Sequence record: SRR16203515_1144
Length of the DNA stretch: 51,183 nt
Direction: 5' to 3' (one strand)
Position 1 is the stretch's first letter; each line of letters starts with the position of its first letter. The notes under the pieces were generated by a model. That model saw only the letters and a list, made by a program, of their open reading frames with translations. It had not been told where the DNA came from and ran no database searches. Below, in pieces: positions 29,222-39,213 of the stretch. Position numbers and translations under genes: made by a program.

Positions 29222-30097
29222 ATGTTAAAAGGCTCAATGCCAGCTTTGATCACGCCGTTCAAAGACGGCGCTGTGGATCTGGATACACTTAAAAAATTGG
29301 TCGATTGGCACATTGACCAAGGAAGCCACGGATTGGTTCCTGTCGGCACAACAGGCGAAAGCCCGACCCTTACCCATGATGAACATGAATTGGTTGTCGA
29401 AACTGTGGTTGCAGCGACGGCGGGACGCGTTCCTGTTGTTGCGGGTGCAGGATCAAACAATACAGCCGAAGCATTGCGATTCGTTGAGCATTCGAAAAAA
29501 GTCGGTGCTGATGCCGCTCTTGTCGTGACGCCATATTACAACAAACCAACACAGGCAGGTTTGATCGCGCATTTTGAGGCGCTTGTAAATTCATCTGACC
29601 TCCCCATTGTGATTTATAATATTCCAGGTCGCTCAGTTGTTGACATGTTACCAGAAACCATGGGCACATTGGCAAAGCTGCCAAATATCATAGGCGTCAA
29701 GGACGCAACTGGTGATTTGGCGCGCGTTTGCGATCAACGTATGACATGCGGTGCTGACTTCCTTCAGATTTCAGGAGAGGACGCAACGGCACACGGGTTT
29801 AATGCCCAAGGTGGTGTTGGCTGTATTTCCGTAACCGCAAACGTTGCACCAGCGCTGTGCGCACAAATGCAAGAGGCAACTTTGCGCGGTGATTATGCCG
29901 CTGCACTTGAATTACAGGATCGTTTGATGCCGTTGCATAAGGCGATTTTCACCGAACCTGGCCTGGTCGGCGCCAAGTATGCAATGTCAGAATTAGGCTT
30001 ATGTTCTGATGAAGTGCGTTTGCCGCTTGTCCCACTAACAGACGGTACCAAAGCAAAGGTTCGCGATGCACTGCGTCATGCGGGTTTGCTGAACTGA
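29222..30097 (+). CDS. dapA: 4-hydroxy-tetrahydrodipicolinate synthase
   Basis: [37 protein letters not shown] before ATG 29222. Confidence 0.97.
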   Translation: MLKGSMPALITPFKDGAVDLDTLKKLVDWHIDQGSHGLVPVGTTGESPTLTHDEHELVVETVVAATAGRVPVVAGAGSNNTAEALRFVEHSKKVGADAALVVTPYYNKPTQAGLIAHFEALVNSSDLPIVIYNIPGRSVVDMLPETMGTLAKLPNIIGVKDATGDLARVCDQRMTCGADFLQISGEDATAHGFNAQGGVGCISVTANVAPALCAQMQEATLRGDYAAALELQDRLMPLHKAIFTEPGLVGAKYAMSELGLCSDEVRLPLVPLTDGTKAKVRDALRHAGLLN

Positions 30098-30118
30098 TAC
30101 GAGATCAGGTTAGGAACT

Positions 30119-30144
30119 AAAGGCGCGTTTCACGCGCCTTTTTT
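30119..30144. terminator. Intrinsic terminator between convergent dapA and puuD
   Basis: AAAGGCGCGT-TTC-ACGCGCCTTT followed by a T run. Confidence 0.8.
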
Positions 30145-31396
30145 ATTTCAACGCTAACGATAAAGGCATCGTATCCATCGCGTTGCGATACCATTGCCTT
30201 ATCGACACACGCTCATCCTCTTCCATCCAAGATACATTTGCTGGAGGCATCGCGTGACTTACCCCTGACTGTAAATAGATAGCCTTGGCATGTTGGGTAA
30301 TGTCAGCAGTGGTTTCCAAAAACACATGTTTGGGCGCGCGGTGAATTCCGTCATAGACGGGTTCACGTGCATGACACATGGAACACCTGCCCAAAACAAT
30401 GTCTTGGGCCTCATCAAAACCAACTGCCGTTGCAAAGATATCCTGCCGCGCAGACAGTTCGCTCGTGTCAGAGGGATCCTGATGCAGTGGTGCGGTGGAC
30501 AGCCACATAATCAGAATGAACAAAATAATGGTCGCGGGCCATGTCCAAATTGGGTTTCCTCGCCGCGCATGAAGTGAATTAAAATAATGGCGGATCGTAA
30601 CCCCCATTAGGAAAACCAATGCCGCGATGATCCAATTGTATTCGCTCGCGAATGCAAGCGGATAGTGATTGGACAGCATAAAGAAGATGACGGGCAATGT
30701 CAGATAATTGTTGTGGGTCGAACGTAACTTGGCGATTTTCCCATATTTTGGATCGGGTGCGCGGCCTGCAATCAAATCCTCGACAACGATTTTCTGGTTC
30801 GGGATGATAATGAAAAAAACGTTTGCCGACATGATTGTCGCCGTAAACGCACCCAGATGCAGAAGCGAGGCACGCCCAGTGAATACTTGATTGTATCCCC
30901 ACCCCATGACGACCAGCAAAACAAATAGTAGAACCATCAACAGGGTTGGTGTTTCGCCCAAGGGGGATTTGCATAACTGATCATAAACGATCCAACCAAA
31001 TGCCAATGATCCAGCCGAAATCAAAATCCCCTGCAACAACGACAAATCGCTTTTGCTGGCGTCTATTAAATACAGCTCACCACCTGCCCAATAGACAATC
31101 ATCAATAGGGCGGCACCAGAAAGCCATGTGGAATAACTTTCCCACTTAAACCATGTCAAATGCTCTGGCATACGTTCTGGGGCGACCAAGTATTTGCGGA
31201 TATGGTAAAAACCGCCGCCATGGACTTGCCACTCTTCCCCGTGCGCCCCTTTGGGCAAATCTGGCGCTTGGCGTAATCCCAGATCCAGTGCGATGAAATA
31301 GAACGACGATCCTATCCATGCGATTGCCGTAATCACATGCAGCCAGCGTACCGCGAATGCCAGCCAATCCCATATAATCGCCAATTCGTATGCCAT
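30143..31396 (-). CDS. puuD: Membrane urate oxidase PuuD (DUF989 plus C-terminal cytochrome c)
   Basis: RWLHVITAIAWIGSSFYF, VHGGGFY, RSTHNNY, CSMCH heme motif; lies in a purine-catabolic cluster. Start MAYELA at 31396. Confidence 0.92.
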   Translation of the reverse strand: MAYELAIIWDWLAFAVRWLHVITAIAWIGSSFYFIALDLGLRQAPDLPKGAHGEEWQVHGGGFYHIRKYLVAPERMPEHLTWFKWESYSTWLSGAALLMIVYWAGGELYLIDASKSDLSLLQGILISAGSLAFGWIVYDQLCKSPLGETPTLLMVLLFVLLVVMGWGYNQVFTGRASLLHLGAFTATIMSANVFFIIIPNQKIVVEDLIAGRAPDPKYGKIAKLRSTHNNYLTLPVIFFMLSNHYPLAFASEYNWIIAALVFLMGVTIRHYFNSLHARRGNPIWTWPATIILFILIMWLSTAPLHQDPSDTSELSARQDIFATAVGFDEAQDIVLGRCSMCHAREPVYDGIHRAPKHVFLETTADITQHAKAIYLQSGVSHAMPPANVSWMEEDERVSIRQWYRNAMDTMPLSLALK

Positions 31397-31496
31397 TGCT
31401 CTGCCCTCGATTTTTGCGCATGATGCGAAACTATCGTTGTCTGTGATTTTCTTGTATTGTAGAAAATACCCAATCTGTTTCAAGAAAATCGGAATA

Positions 31497-32402
31497 ATGT
31501 CGTACTTTGATAATATCAAAACCTTTATTCGCGTCTATGAACTTGGCTCGATGTCAGCAGCTGCGCGGGATCAACGCATTTCGCCTGCTGTGGCCTCTGC
31601 GCGCATTTCACAACTAGAGGAACACCTAAGCGTCCGTTTGTTTCAGCGCACCACGCGAATGTTGCATCCCACGGAACAGGGTAAACTGTTCTATTCTGGT
31701 GCAACCCGCGTTTTGGAAGCGGTAGAAGATGCCGAAGCCGCGGTGCAGGATATCACACAAAATCCGCGCGGAACACTTTATGTGGCAGCCCCACTTGGCA
31801 TTGGACGGCGTTTAATCGCCCCTGCGATTCCAATGTTCAAACAACAATTCCCATTGATCGACATTCGCTTACGCTTGTCTGATCGACGTGTGGATGTTTT
31901 GGCAGAAGGTTTGGATTTGGCGTTCTTCTTGGGCAATCCCGAGGATTCAACGCTAAAAATGCGCAAATTTGCGAATTGCGCACGTCTGTTATGCGCAGCA
32001 CCCGAATACATTGCCGCGCGTGGTAGGCCAGAAAACGTGTCCGCCTTAACAGACGGATCGCACGATTGTCTGAACCTTCGCTTCCCAGGCGCATCTGAAT
32101 TTCAATGGCCTCTTATAATCGACGGCACGGTGCAGCGCATCGCAGTGAAAGGGCCCTATGAAAGTGACGACGGAGACGTCCTAACCAATTGGGCACTGGA
32201 AGGTCATGGAATTATTTTAAAACCCATTTTTGAAGTTCAAGAGCACTTGAACAGCGGCCTATTGGTTCCTGTACTAACAGGCATTACGCCAACAGATGTG
32301 CAGATGGGGTGTCTTTATCCGCATCGAAAACGACAAGACCCCAAAACACGACATTTCATGGATTTCATGGCACAGCATATTACAACCGCGCTTCAGGAAT
32401 GA
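31497..32402 (+). CDS. LysR-type regulator of the urate/allantoin cluster
   Basis: GSMSAAAR HTH, LFQRTTR, LysR substrate domain; divergent from puuD. Confidence 0.92.
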   Translation: MSYFDNIKTFIRVYELGSMSAAARDQRISPAVASARISQLEEHLSVRLFQRTTRMLHPTEQGKLFYSGATRVLEAVEDAEAAVQDITQNPRGTLYVAAPLGIGRRLIAPAIPMFKQQFPLIDIRLRLSDRRVDVLAEGLDLAFFLGNPEDSTLKMRKFANCARLLCAAPEYIAARGRPENVSALTDGSHDCLNLRFPGASEFQWPLIIDGTVQRIAVKGPYESDDGDVLTNWALEGHGIILKPIFEVQEHLNSGLLVPVLTGITPTDVQMGCLYPHRKRQDPKTRHFMDFMAQHITTALQE

Positions 32403-32756
32403 TCAACTGCCCCGATAGGTGGAGTATCCATAAGGCGATAGTAACAATGGCACGTGATAGTGATCGTTCAGCGCCATTCCAAAGCGAATTGGAATAACGT
32501 CTAAGAATTTGGGCTCTGGTCCCGCCTGCCCTGTTGCCAAAAGATAATCACCGGCATGAAAAACCAATTCATACTGCCCCATCTCAAACTGCGATGCAGG
32601 CAGGATTTGTTGATCCGTGCGCCCATCTGCGTTTGTTTCCAAACTGATCACATGTTGGCGTACATCCCCATCAATGCGGTACAAATCAATCTTTAATCCC
32701 GCCGCAGGACATCCACGCGCGGTATCCAAAACATGTGTTGTCAAAAAACCTGACAT
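32403..32756 (-). CDS. uraH: 5-hydroxyisourate hydrolase (transthyretin-like)
   Basis: [39 protein letters not shown]. Confidence 0.97.
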   Translation of the reverse strand: MSGFLTTHVLDTARGCPAAGLKIDLYRIDGDVRQHVISLETNADGRTDQQILPASQFEMGQYELVFHAGDYLLATGQAGPEPKFLDVIPIRFGMALNDHYHVPLLLSPYGYSTYRGS

Positions 32757-32905
32757 CGTAGTCCCCAATCTGTTTGGGATAGTATTTCGCCTGTTCGACA
32801 CATGATCAACAACAATCGGAACACCAAAACAGTTTCAAAAATAATTTGAAAGGCAAACGAATTTTGCGAAAGTACAAGGGAGTGGAACACAACGAAGGAA
32901 ACACA

Positions 32906-34321
32906 ATGATACGTTACGAACGGGACATGCTGGGGTATGGAGCGACACCGCCAAATGCAAACTGGCCCAATCATGCGCGCATCGCGGTGCAATTCGTGAT
33001 CAATTATGAAGAAGGTGGCGAAAATTGCGTTCTTCACGGGGACGCAGGATCAGAAGCCTTTTTGTCTGAAATCGTTGGTGCGGCTTCGTGGCCTGATCAA
33101 CGTCATTGGAATATGGAAAGCATCTATGAATACGGCGCACGCGCAGGGTTTTGGCGTTTGCATCGACTTTTCACCGAACTGAACATTCCCGCGACCGTTT
33201 ATGGTGTTGCAACCGCACTTGCGCGTTCCCCGGTTCAGGTGCGCGCGATGCAGGATGCAGGTTGGGAAATTGCCAGTCACGGTTTGAAATGGGTTGAGCA
33301 TAAGGACATGCCCAAAGAAGAAGAACGCGCCCAAATTCAACAGGCGATTGCGCTGCATAGAGAGGTAACTGGCGAACGACCCTATGGATGGTACACTGGG
33401 CGATGTTCGGAAAATACGGTCGCGCTTGTCACCGAAGATGGTGGATTTGATTACATCTCTGACACCTATGCAGATGATCTGCCGTATTGGATGACGATTG
33501 ATGGGCGGGACCAGCTAATTATTCCATACACGCTAGATGCCAATGACATGCGCTTTGCTACGCCCCAGGGGTTCAATTCAGGCGATCAATTTTTTCAATA
33601 TTTGAAGGACAGCTTTGACGCTCTTTATGCAGAAGGCGCGGGTGGACAGCCAAAAATGATGTCCGTCGGTTTGCATTGTCGCTTGATCGGACGGCCGGGT
33701 CGCGTGATGGCCTTACGCCATTTTATGGAGTATGCGCAGGCGAAAGAGGGCGTTTGGTTCGCAACCCGTCGCGATATTGCAAAGCACTGGATCGAAAATC
33801 ACCCGCCTGTTCATTTTGATCGACCCAGTCAAATGTCACGCGAAGAATTCATTGCAACATATGGTTCGATTTTTGAGCATTCCGCATGGGTTGCCGAGGG
33901 CGCATATGATGGTGAATTGGGTACTGCACATGACTGCGCTGTAGGGTTACACAACGCAATGGCACGGGCTTTCAGACGCGCAGCTCACAAGAACCGCTTA
34001 GCCGTGTTGCGTGCGCACCCTGATCTGGCCGGTAAATTGGCAGCGGCCAAACGCCTGACCAAAGAGAGTAAATCAGAACAAGCCTCGGCAGGTCTAGATG
34101 CATTGACAGATGCAGAGCGGGCGAAGTTCCAAGAACTGAACACGCAATACGTTAAAAAGCATGGCTTCCCCTTCATCATCGCCGTGAGGGAACACAGCAA
34201 GCAAGGCATTTTACATGCATTTGAGCGCAGAATTGGCAATGCAACAGAGGTTGAATTTGAGGAAGCTTGCAAACAAGTCGAACGGATCGCAGAGCTGAGA
34301 TTAAGTGAGATCCTGCCATGA
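32906..34321 (+). CDS. puuE: Allantoinase PuuE fused to OHCU decarboxylase (UraD)
   Basis: NYEEGGE, YEYGARAG, SVGLHCR (PuuE), then FEHSAW, AHPDLAG, EQASAGL, GFPFIIAV (OHCU decarboxylase). Confidence 0.93.
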   Translation: MIRYERDMLGYGATPPNANWPNHARIAVQFVINYEEGGENCVLHGDAGSEAFLSEIVGAASWPDQRHWNMESIYEYGARAGFWRLHRLFTELNIPATVYGVATALARSPVQVRAMQDAGWEIASHGLKWVEHKDMPKEEERAQIQQAIALHREVTGERPYGWYTGRCSENTVALVTEDGGFDYISDTYADDLPYWMTIDGRDQLIIPYTLDANDMRFATPQGFNSGDQFFQYLKDSFDALYAEGAGGQPKMMSVGLHCRLIGRPGRVMALRHFMEYAQAKEGVWFATRRDIAKHWIENHPPVHFDRPSQMSREEFIATYGSIFEHSAWVAEGAYDGELGTAHDCAVGLHNAMARAFRRAAHKNRLAVLRAHPDLAGKLAAAKRLTKESKSEQASAGLDALTDAERAKFQELNTQYVKKHGFPFIIAVREHSKQGILHAFERRIGNATEVEFEEACKQVERIAELRLSEILP

Positions 34322-34809
34322 GTATGGAAATCATCATTGAACCTCTTACCGCCGAGGCATTCGCCCCATTTGGTGAAATTTTAGAGGCGTCTGGGACACC
34401 TGATAAAATCATAAATCAGGGGATGTGTGGACGCCATCATGACCTTGCCACATTGGATTTTGTTAATGGGCGTGCGGGTATCAGTATGTTTGACGCCCAG
34501 GTTCGAACACTGCCCTATGAACTAACGATGATGGAGCGCCATTCAGAAGGATCACAGGCCTTTGTCCCGATGTCGTATTTTCCGTTCCTGATCATTGTTT
34601 CGGCAGATGCAAATGGCAATCCAGGCAGACCACGTGCCTTTTTGTCAAATGCAGGACAGGGCATTAATTTTCACCGCAACACATGGCATGGTGTTTTGAC
34701 ACCGCTACACGCACCAGGTCTATTCTGCGTAGTAGACCGGATCGGAGAAGGCGCAAATCTAGAAGAGTTTTTCTTTGACACACCATATGTAGTTGTATCA
34801 AAGTCTTAG
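34318..34809 (+). CDS. allA: Ureidoglycolate lyase
   Basis: PLTAEAFAPFG, MERH..GSQAFVP, NTWHG, VVDR. Confidence 0.93.
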   Translation: MSMEIIIEPLTAEAFAPFGEILEASGTPDKIINQGMCGRHHDLATLDFVNGRAGISMFDAQVRTLPYELTMMERHSEGSQAFVPMSYFPFLIIVSADANGNPGRPRAFLSNAGQGINFHRNTWHGVLTPLHAPGLFCVVDRIGEGANLEEFFFDTPYVVVSKS

Positions 34810-34868
34810 CAATTCGCTCGAAAAAGAGGCGGAACGCATAAATAACAGTCAATCAGGGGAGACTTATT

Positions 34869-36191
34869 ATGACTGATAAAGCAATGGGAGCGTATAGCGA
34901 TCCCAATTCAATGCCGCCTTTGGGTCAGGCGGTGCCACTTGGCTTACAACACGTTTTGGCGATGTTTGCATCAAATGTGACACCTTCAATTATCGTGGCT
35001 GGAGCAGCGGGATTAGCTTTTGGCAGCGCTGAACAAATCTATCTAATCCAGATGGCCATGTTGTTTGCAGGGGTTGCAACGATTTTCCAAACAATGGGCT
35101 TTGGTCCAGTGGGCGCACGGATGCCAATCATGCAGGGCACCAGCTTTGCCTTTGTTGGTGTGTTGGCTGGCATTTCAGCGACCCAAGGATTGGGCGTTGC
35201 CCTAACTGCGTGTATCATCGGCGGACTTATCCACTTTGCACTGGGTTCTGTCATTGGACGCATCCGCTTTCTTTTCCCGCCACTTGTCACAGGTTTGGTG
35301 ATTTTGGCGATTGGTCTTTATTTGATCCCCGTAGGTATCAAATACGCTGCAGGTGGCGCTGCTGATTTCCAAATGGCGGCAGAAAGCTTTGGCTCACTGA
35401 AACATTGGACCGTCGCACTGACGGTAATCGTCGTGGCATTGTTGTTTAAGTTTAAGACTTCTGGCGCACTTTCAAATGCAGCGATCCTTATTGGTTTGCT
35501 TGCAGGCTACGCAGTTGCCGCAATGTTGGGCATGGTCAGCCTTGCAGGTTTCCAAAAAGCAAGCTGGGTTACAAGCATTCAGGTCCTACCATACGGCTTT
35601 GAATTCAGCTTGGGTGCAGTTATTGCGGTCACGTTGGTGTCAATCGTGTCTGCCGTTGAAACCGTTGGCGATGCATCAGCAACGGCAAAGGCAGGCGCAG
35701 GACGCGACGCAACCGACGAAGAAATCGCGGGCGCAACATATGCAGACGGTCTGGGAACCGCGGTCGCGGGTGTCTTTGGCGGTTTGCCAAACACATCCTT
35801 TAGCCAGAACGTTGGTATTGTTGGCATGACTGGCGTGATGAGCCGTCACGTTGTCACCATTGCGGGCGTTATTTTGGTAGTCTGTGGTTTGCTGCCAAAA
35901 ATCGGTGCGCTGATTGCGTCAATGCCTCTACCTGTTTTGGGCGGTGGTGTGATCGTTATGTTCGGCATGGTTGCTGCCGCTGGCATGAATGTATTGTCAG
36001 AGGTGAAAATGACACGTCGCAATATGGTAATCATAGCGATTTCATTGACTGCGGGTCTTGGCTTGAACCTTGTACCAACGGCTGTTCAGTATCTTCCGGG
36101 TATTTGGAAAACGCTTGCGACTTCTGCGGTTGCGCCAACGGCATTCCTTGCCATTGCGCTGAACCAAATCCTACCAGAGGACATGGAATAA
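34869..36191 (+). CDS. NCS2/NAT family purine (xanthine/urate) permease
   Basis: GLQHVLAMF and NAT signature FSQNVGIVGMTG. Confidence 0.93.
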   Translation: MTDKAMGAYSDPNSMPPLGQAVPLGLQHVLAMFASNVTPSIIVAGAAGLAFGSAEQIYLIQMAMLFAGVATIFQTMGFGPVGARMPIMQGTSFAFVGVLAGISATQGLGVALTACIIGGLIHFALGSVIGRIRFLFPPLVTGLVILAIGLYLIPVGIKYAAGGAADFQMAAESFGSLKHWTVALTVIVVALLFKFKTSGALSNAAILIGLLAGYAVAAMLGMVSLAGFQKASWVTSIQVLPYGFEFSLGAVIAVTLVSIVSAVETVGDASATAKAGAGRDATDEEIAGATYADGLGTAVAGVFGGLPNTSFSQNVGIVGMTGVMSRHVVTIAGVILVVCGLLPKIGALIASMPLPVLGGGVIVMFGMVAAAGMNVLSEVKMTRRNMVIIAISLTAGLGLNLVPTAVQYLPGIWKTLATSAVAPTAFLAIALNQILPEDME

Positions 36192-36214
36192 ACCATTTTG
36201 ACAATCCAACTATC

Positions 36215-36242
36215 AGGCCCCGCACCACGCGGGGCTTTTTTT
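36215..36242 (+). terminator. Intrinsic terminator after the NCS2 permease
   Basis: AGGCCCCGC-ACCAC-GCGGGGCTT followed by a T run. Confidence 0.85.
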
Positions 36243-36278
36243 CTTGAAAATTGGTTCAGATGACGCAAGTTTGAAGGT

Positions 36279-36614
36279 ATGAATAATCTGACACCCTTTC
36301 CCGGTACGAACGCACATCATGTTGTTGCGTTTCACCGCACAGAACTTAGCGTAATACTATCACTCTATGGTCAGATGGTGGCAGCGGGCGAATGGCGGGA
36401 TTATGGAATTTCATCGTTAAAAGAAGTTGCCGTTTTTTCAATATTCAGGCGCACAGCGGAACAACCCCTATACAGAATTGAAAAACGCCCAAAGCTGCGC
36501 AGCAAACAGGGCGAATACAGCGTTATCGGTATGGATGGTCAAATCCTAAAACGCGGTCATGAATTGAAAACGGTTCTTCGTGTCTTTGATAAAAAACGCA
36601 TCCGAGTGGTCTAA
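36279..36614 (+). CDS. DUF2794 family protein
   Basis: F.R.EL..IL.LYG.MVAAGEWRDY, PLYRIEKRP, ILKRGH. Confidence 0.88.
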   Translation: MNNLTPFPGTNAHHVVAFHRTELSVILSLYGQMVAAGEWRDYGISSLKEVAVFSIFRRTAEQPLYRIEKRPKLRSKQGEYSVIGMDGQILKRGHELKTVLRVFDKKRIRVV

Positions 36615-36788
36615 GCATTTTGTTTTAAAATTCGGCATGAGCATTTGAAGTGTCGTTTTAAAAACAATATATCACAGAGAATATTGCCGCCCCCATGTGT
36701 GAATATATCGGTTCCTACAACAACATCTCTGGGAAGCAAGTGAGACAATTTCTTAATGCTCTATTTCACCGAGTATTTTAGCTCGAGT

Positions 36789-37586
36789 TCATGTAGTCAA
36801 AAGCCGTACCAAAATACTGTTAGGATCTTTCAAACCATCAATTACATCGAAATGATGTTCACCTTGACGCACGATCATTTTCGCACCCCAGTTTTCCGCC
36901 AAAATCATTGATTGTTCCAAAAAAACTGGTCGTTCGTCACCTCCAACCCAAACAGTCACTGGACAAATCGGTTTCGGCATCAATGCGGGGCTTTCAGCTG
37001 TCGCAGTTTCATCCGTCAGTCGAAAATCATTATTCATTTCTGTAAACACTAAGGTGCGCAAATCAGCGACTGCTGAAATTGGGACAATTTGCGTAATACG
37101 AGAGATAAGATCATCCGACAGCACATCAGGTACACCCAACCGCGCTACCAGATGGCCACCAGCAGAGTGTCCCGTCAGCGCAATTGCTCCCACATATTTT
37201 TCGGCGATTTGTGTTACAAAACTGCGCATTTGCTGTGTAATTTCAGCAATGGAGACACGAGGGCACAAGTCATATGAGGGCATCACAACTCGCCATCCTT
37301 GAGCTAATGCACCATGCGAAAAATGTGACCAATAGGATTTATCAAACCGCCGCCAATATCCGCCATGCACAAAGACTAGGGTGCCCTTTGCCTCACCCTC
37401 CGGATGAAAAACATCATATGTTTGCCGTTTGCTTTGGCCATATGCGGTATCTAACTCGGCACGCTGTTGTTCCAGCATGTCTGACCGAAACGCTGAAGCA
37501 TCTGAGTGCCAGCATGTGATGAAATCATCTGCATTTGGGATATACTCAGCATTGGCATAAGCATCATCATAATCTATTCGCGACAT
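36789..37586 (-). CDS. Alpha/beta hydrolase (arylformamidase/esterase-like)
   Basis: FVHGGYW oxyanion motif, GHSAG nucleophile elbow, HHFDV. Confidence 0.88.
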   Translation of the reverse strand: MSRIDYDDAYANAEYIPNADDFITCWHSDASAFRSDMLEQQRAELDTAYGQSKRQTYDVFHPEGEAKGTLVFVHGGYWRRFDKSYWSHFSHGALAQGWRVVMPSYDLCPRVSIAEITQQMRSFVTQIAEKYVGAIALTGHSAGGHLVARLGVPDVLSDDLISRITQIVPISAVADLRTLVFTEMNNDFRLTDETATAESPALMPKPICPVTVWVGGDERPVFLEQSMILAENWGAKMIVRQGEHHFDVIDGLKDPNSILVRLLTT

Positions 37587-37662
37587 TTCTGGCTCCTTTG
37601 TAGGCTGGACAATTTATGACAGAGGTGATTTCCCTATGCACGAGATATTTGCGGAGGACGCC

Positions 37663-39138
37663 ATGGCAAACGAAACCAATTTAAAAGACCTGCTGAAAGA
37701 CCCATCATTGCTCGCCACCCAAGGCTATTTAGCGGGCGAGTGGGTTAACGGCGAAGATGGGGTAACATTTGACGTAACGAACCCAGCAAGGGGAGATGTC
37801 ATCGCCAAAGTGGCCGACCTAAGCCGTGCACAAACTGCACGGGCGATTGCAGCAGCAGAGGCTGCACAAAAGGAATGGGCCGCCAAAACCGCCAAAGAGC
37901 GTGCCAATATTTTGCGCCGTTGGTACAATCTGATGATGGAAAATGCAGATGACTTAGGTACTATTTTGACTGCTGAACAAGGTAAGCCCTTGGCCGAGGC
38001 AAAAGGTGAAATTGGGTACGGTGCCTCATTCATTGAATTCTTTGCCGAAGAAGCAAAGCGTATCTATGGCGAAACAATTCCCGGACATCAGCCTGATAAA
38101 CGCATCATGGTTCTAAAACAGCCTATCGGTGTTGCTGCATCAATCACCCCATGGAATTTCCCAAATGCGATGATCACACGTAAGGCCGCGCCAGCATTGG
38201 CCGCGGGCTGTTCCTTTGTCGCGCGCCCTGCTGCGGAAACGCCACTCTCCGCTTTGGTCATGGGCGTTCTTGCGGAACGCGCGGGCATACCAAAGGGCGT
38301 TTTGTCCATCATCCCGTCCTCACGTTCGTCAGAAATCGGCAAAGAATTTTGTGAAAACCCAGCAGTACGCAAATTGACATTTACAGGATCAACCGAGGTG
38401 GGCCGTATTTTACTGCGTCAGGCAGCGGATCAGGTAATGAAGTGTTCAATGGAGTTGGGGGGTAATGCACCCTTTATTGTGTTTGACGATGCCGATCTGG
38501 ATGAAGCGGTTGCAGGCGCAATCATGTGCAAATTCCGCAACAACGGTCAAACGTGTGTGTGTGCCAACCGCATCTATGTTCAAGCAGGTGTTTATGACGC
38601 CTTCGCTGAAAAACTGGCCGCAGCATTGTCCCAGATGAAAATCGGTGACGGGCTTGAAGATGGTGTCGCGTTGGGCCCGCTTATTAACCAAGATGCGATC
38701 ACCAAGGTTCAAGAGCACATTGCAGATGCCACAGCAAAGGGTGGCACAGTGTTTTATGGCGGTGAAAGGCATCAGGGCGAAGGCTTTTTCATGCCACCTA
38801 CAATCGTAACAGGCGCAACCAAAGATATGGCCGTAGCAACCGAAGAAACATTCGGACCACTTGCCCCCCTATTTAAGTTCGAAGACGTTGACGAGGTGAT
38901 CGAACTGGCTAATGACACCATCTTTGGGCTTGCATCCTATTTCTATGCCAAAGACCTGAGCCGCGTTTATAAAGTTGCCGAGGCACTGGAATACGGGATC
39001 GTAGGTGTCAACACGGGTATCATTTCAACCGAGGTCGCGCCGTTTGGCGGCGTCAAACAATCGGGTCTTGGTCGTGAAGGAAGCCATCATGGTATCGACG
39101 ACTATCTGGAACTGAAATACATCTGTATGAGTGTCTAA
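37663..39138 (+). CDS. gabD: NAD(P)-dependent succinate-semialdehyde dehydrogenase
   Basis: ITPWNFP, FTGSTEVG, MELGGNAP, GQTCVC, EETFGP. GGAGG RBS before ATG 37663. Confidence 0.92.
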   Translation: MANETNLKDLLKDPSLLATQGYLAGEWVNGEDGVTFDVTNPARGDVIAKVADLSRAQTARAIAAAEAAQKEWAAKTAKERANILRRWYNLMMENADDLGTILTAEQGKPLAEAKGEIGYGASFIEFFAEEAKRIYGETIPGHQPDKRIMVLKQPIGVAASITPWNFPNAMITRKAAPALAAGCSFVARPAAETPLSALVMGVLAERAGIPKGVLSIIPSSRSSEIGKEFCENPAVRKLTFTGSTEVGRILLRQAADQVMKCSMELGGNAPFIVFDDADLDEAVAGAIMCKFRNNGQTCVCANRIYVQAGVYDAFAEKLAAALSQMKIGDGLEDGVALGPLINQDAITKVQEHIADATAKGGTVFYGGERHQGEGFFMPPTIVTGATKDMAVATEETFGPLAPLFKFEDVDEVIELANDTIFGLASYFYAKDLSRVYKVAEALEYGIVGVNTGIISTEVAPFGGVKQSGLGREGSHHGIDDYLELKYICMSV

Positions 39139-39175
39139 TTGCTGTACCAGTAAGTATCTGATCGGACTGCAAACG

Positions 39176-39206
39176 AAAAGGCCCTCTCGGTTGAGAGGGC
39201 CTTTTT
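39176..39206. terminator. Bidirectional intrinsic terminator between gabD and pnp
   Basis: AAAAGGCCCTCTC-GGTT-GAGAGGGCCTTTT perfect 13-bp stem. Confidence 0.9.
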
Positions 39207-39213
39207 ATTTGTA

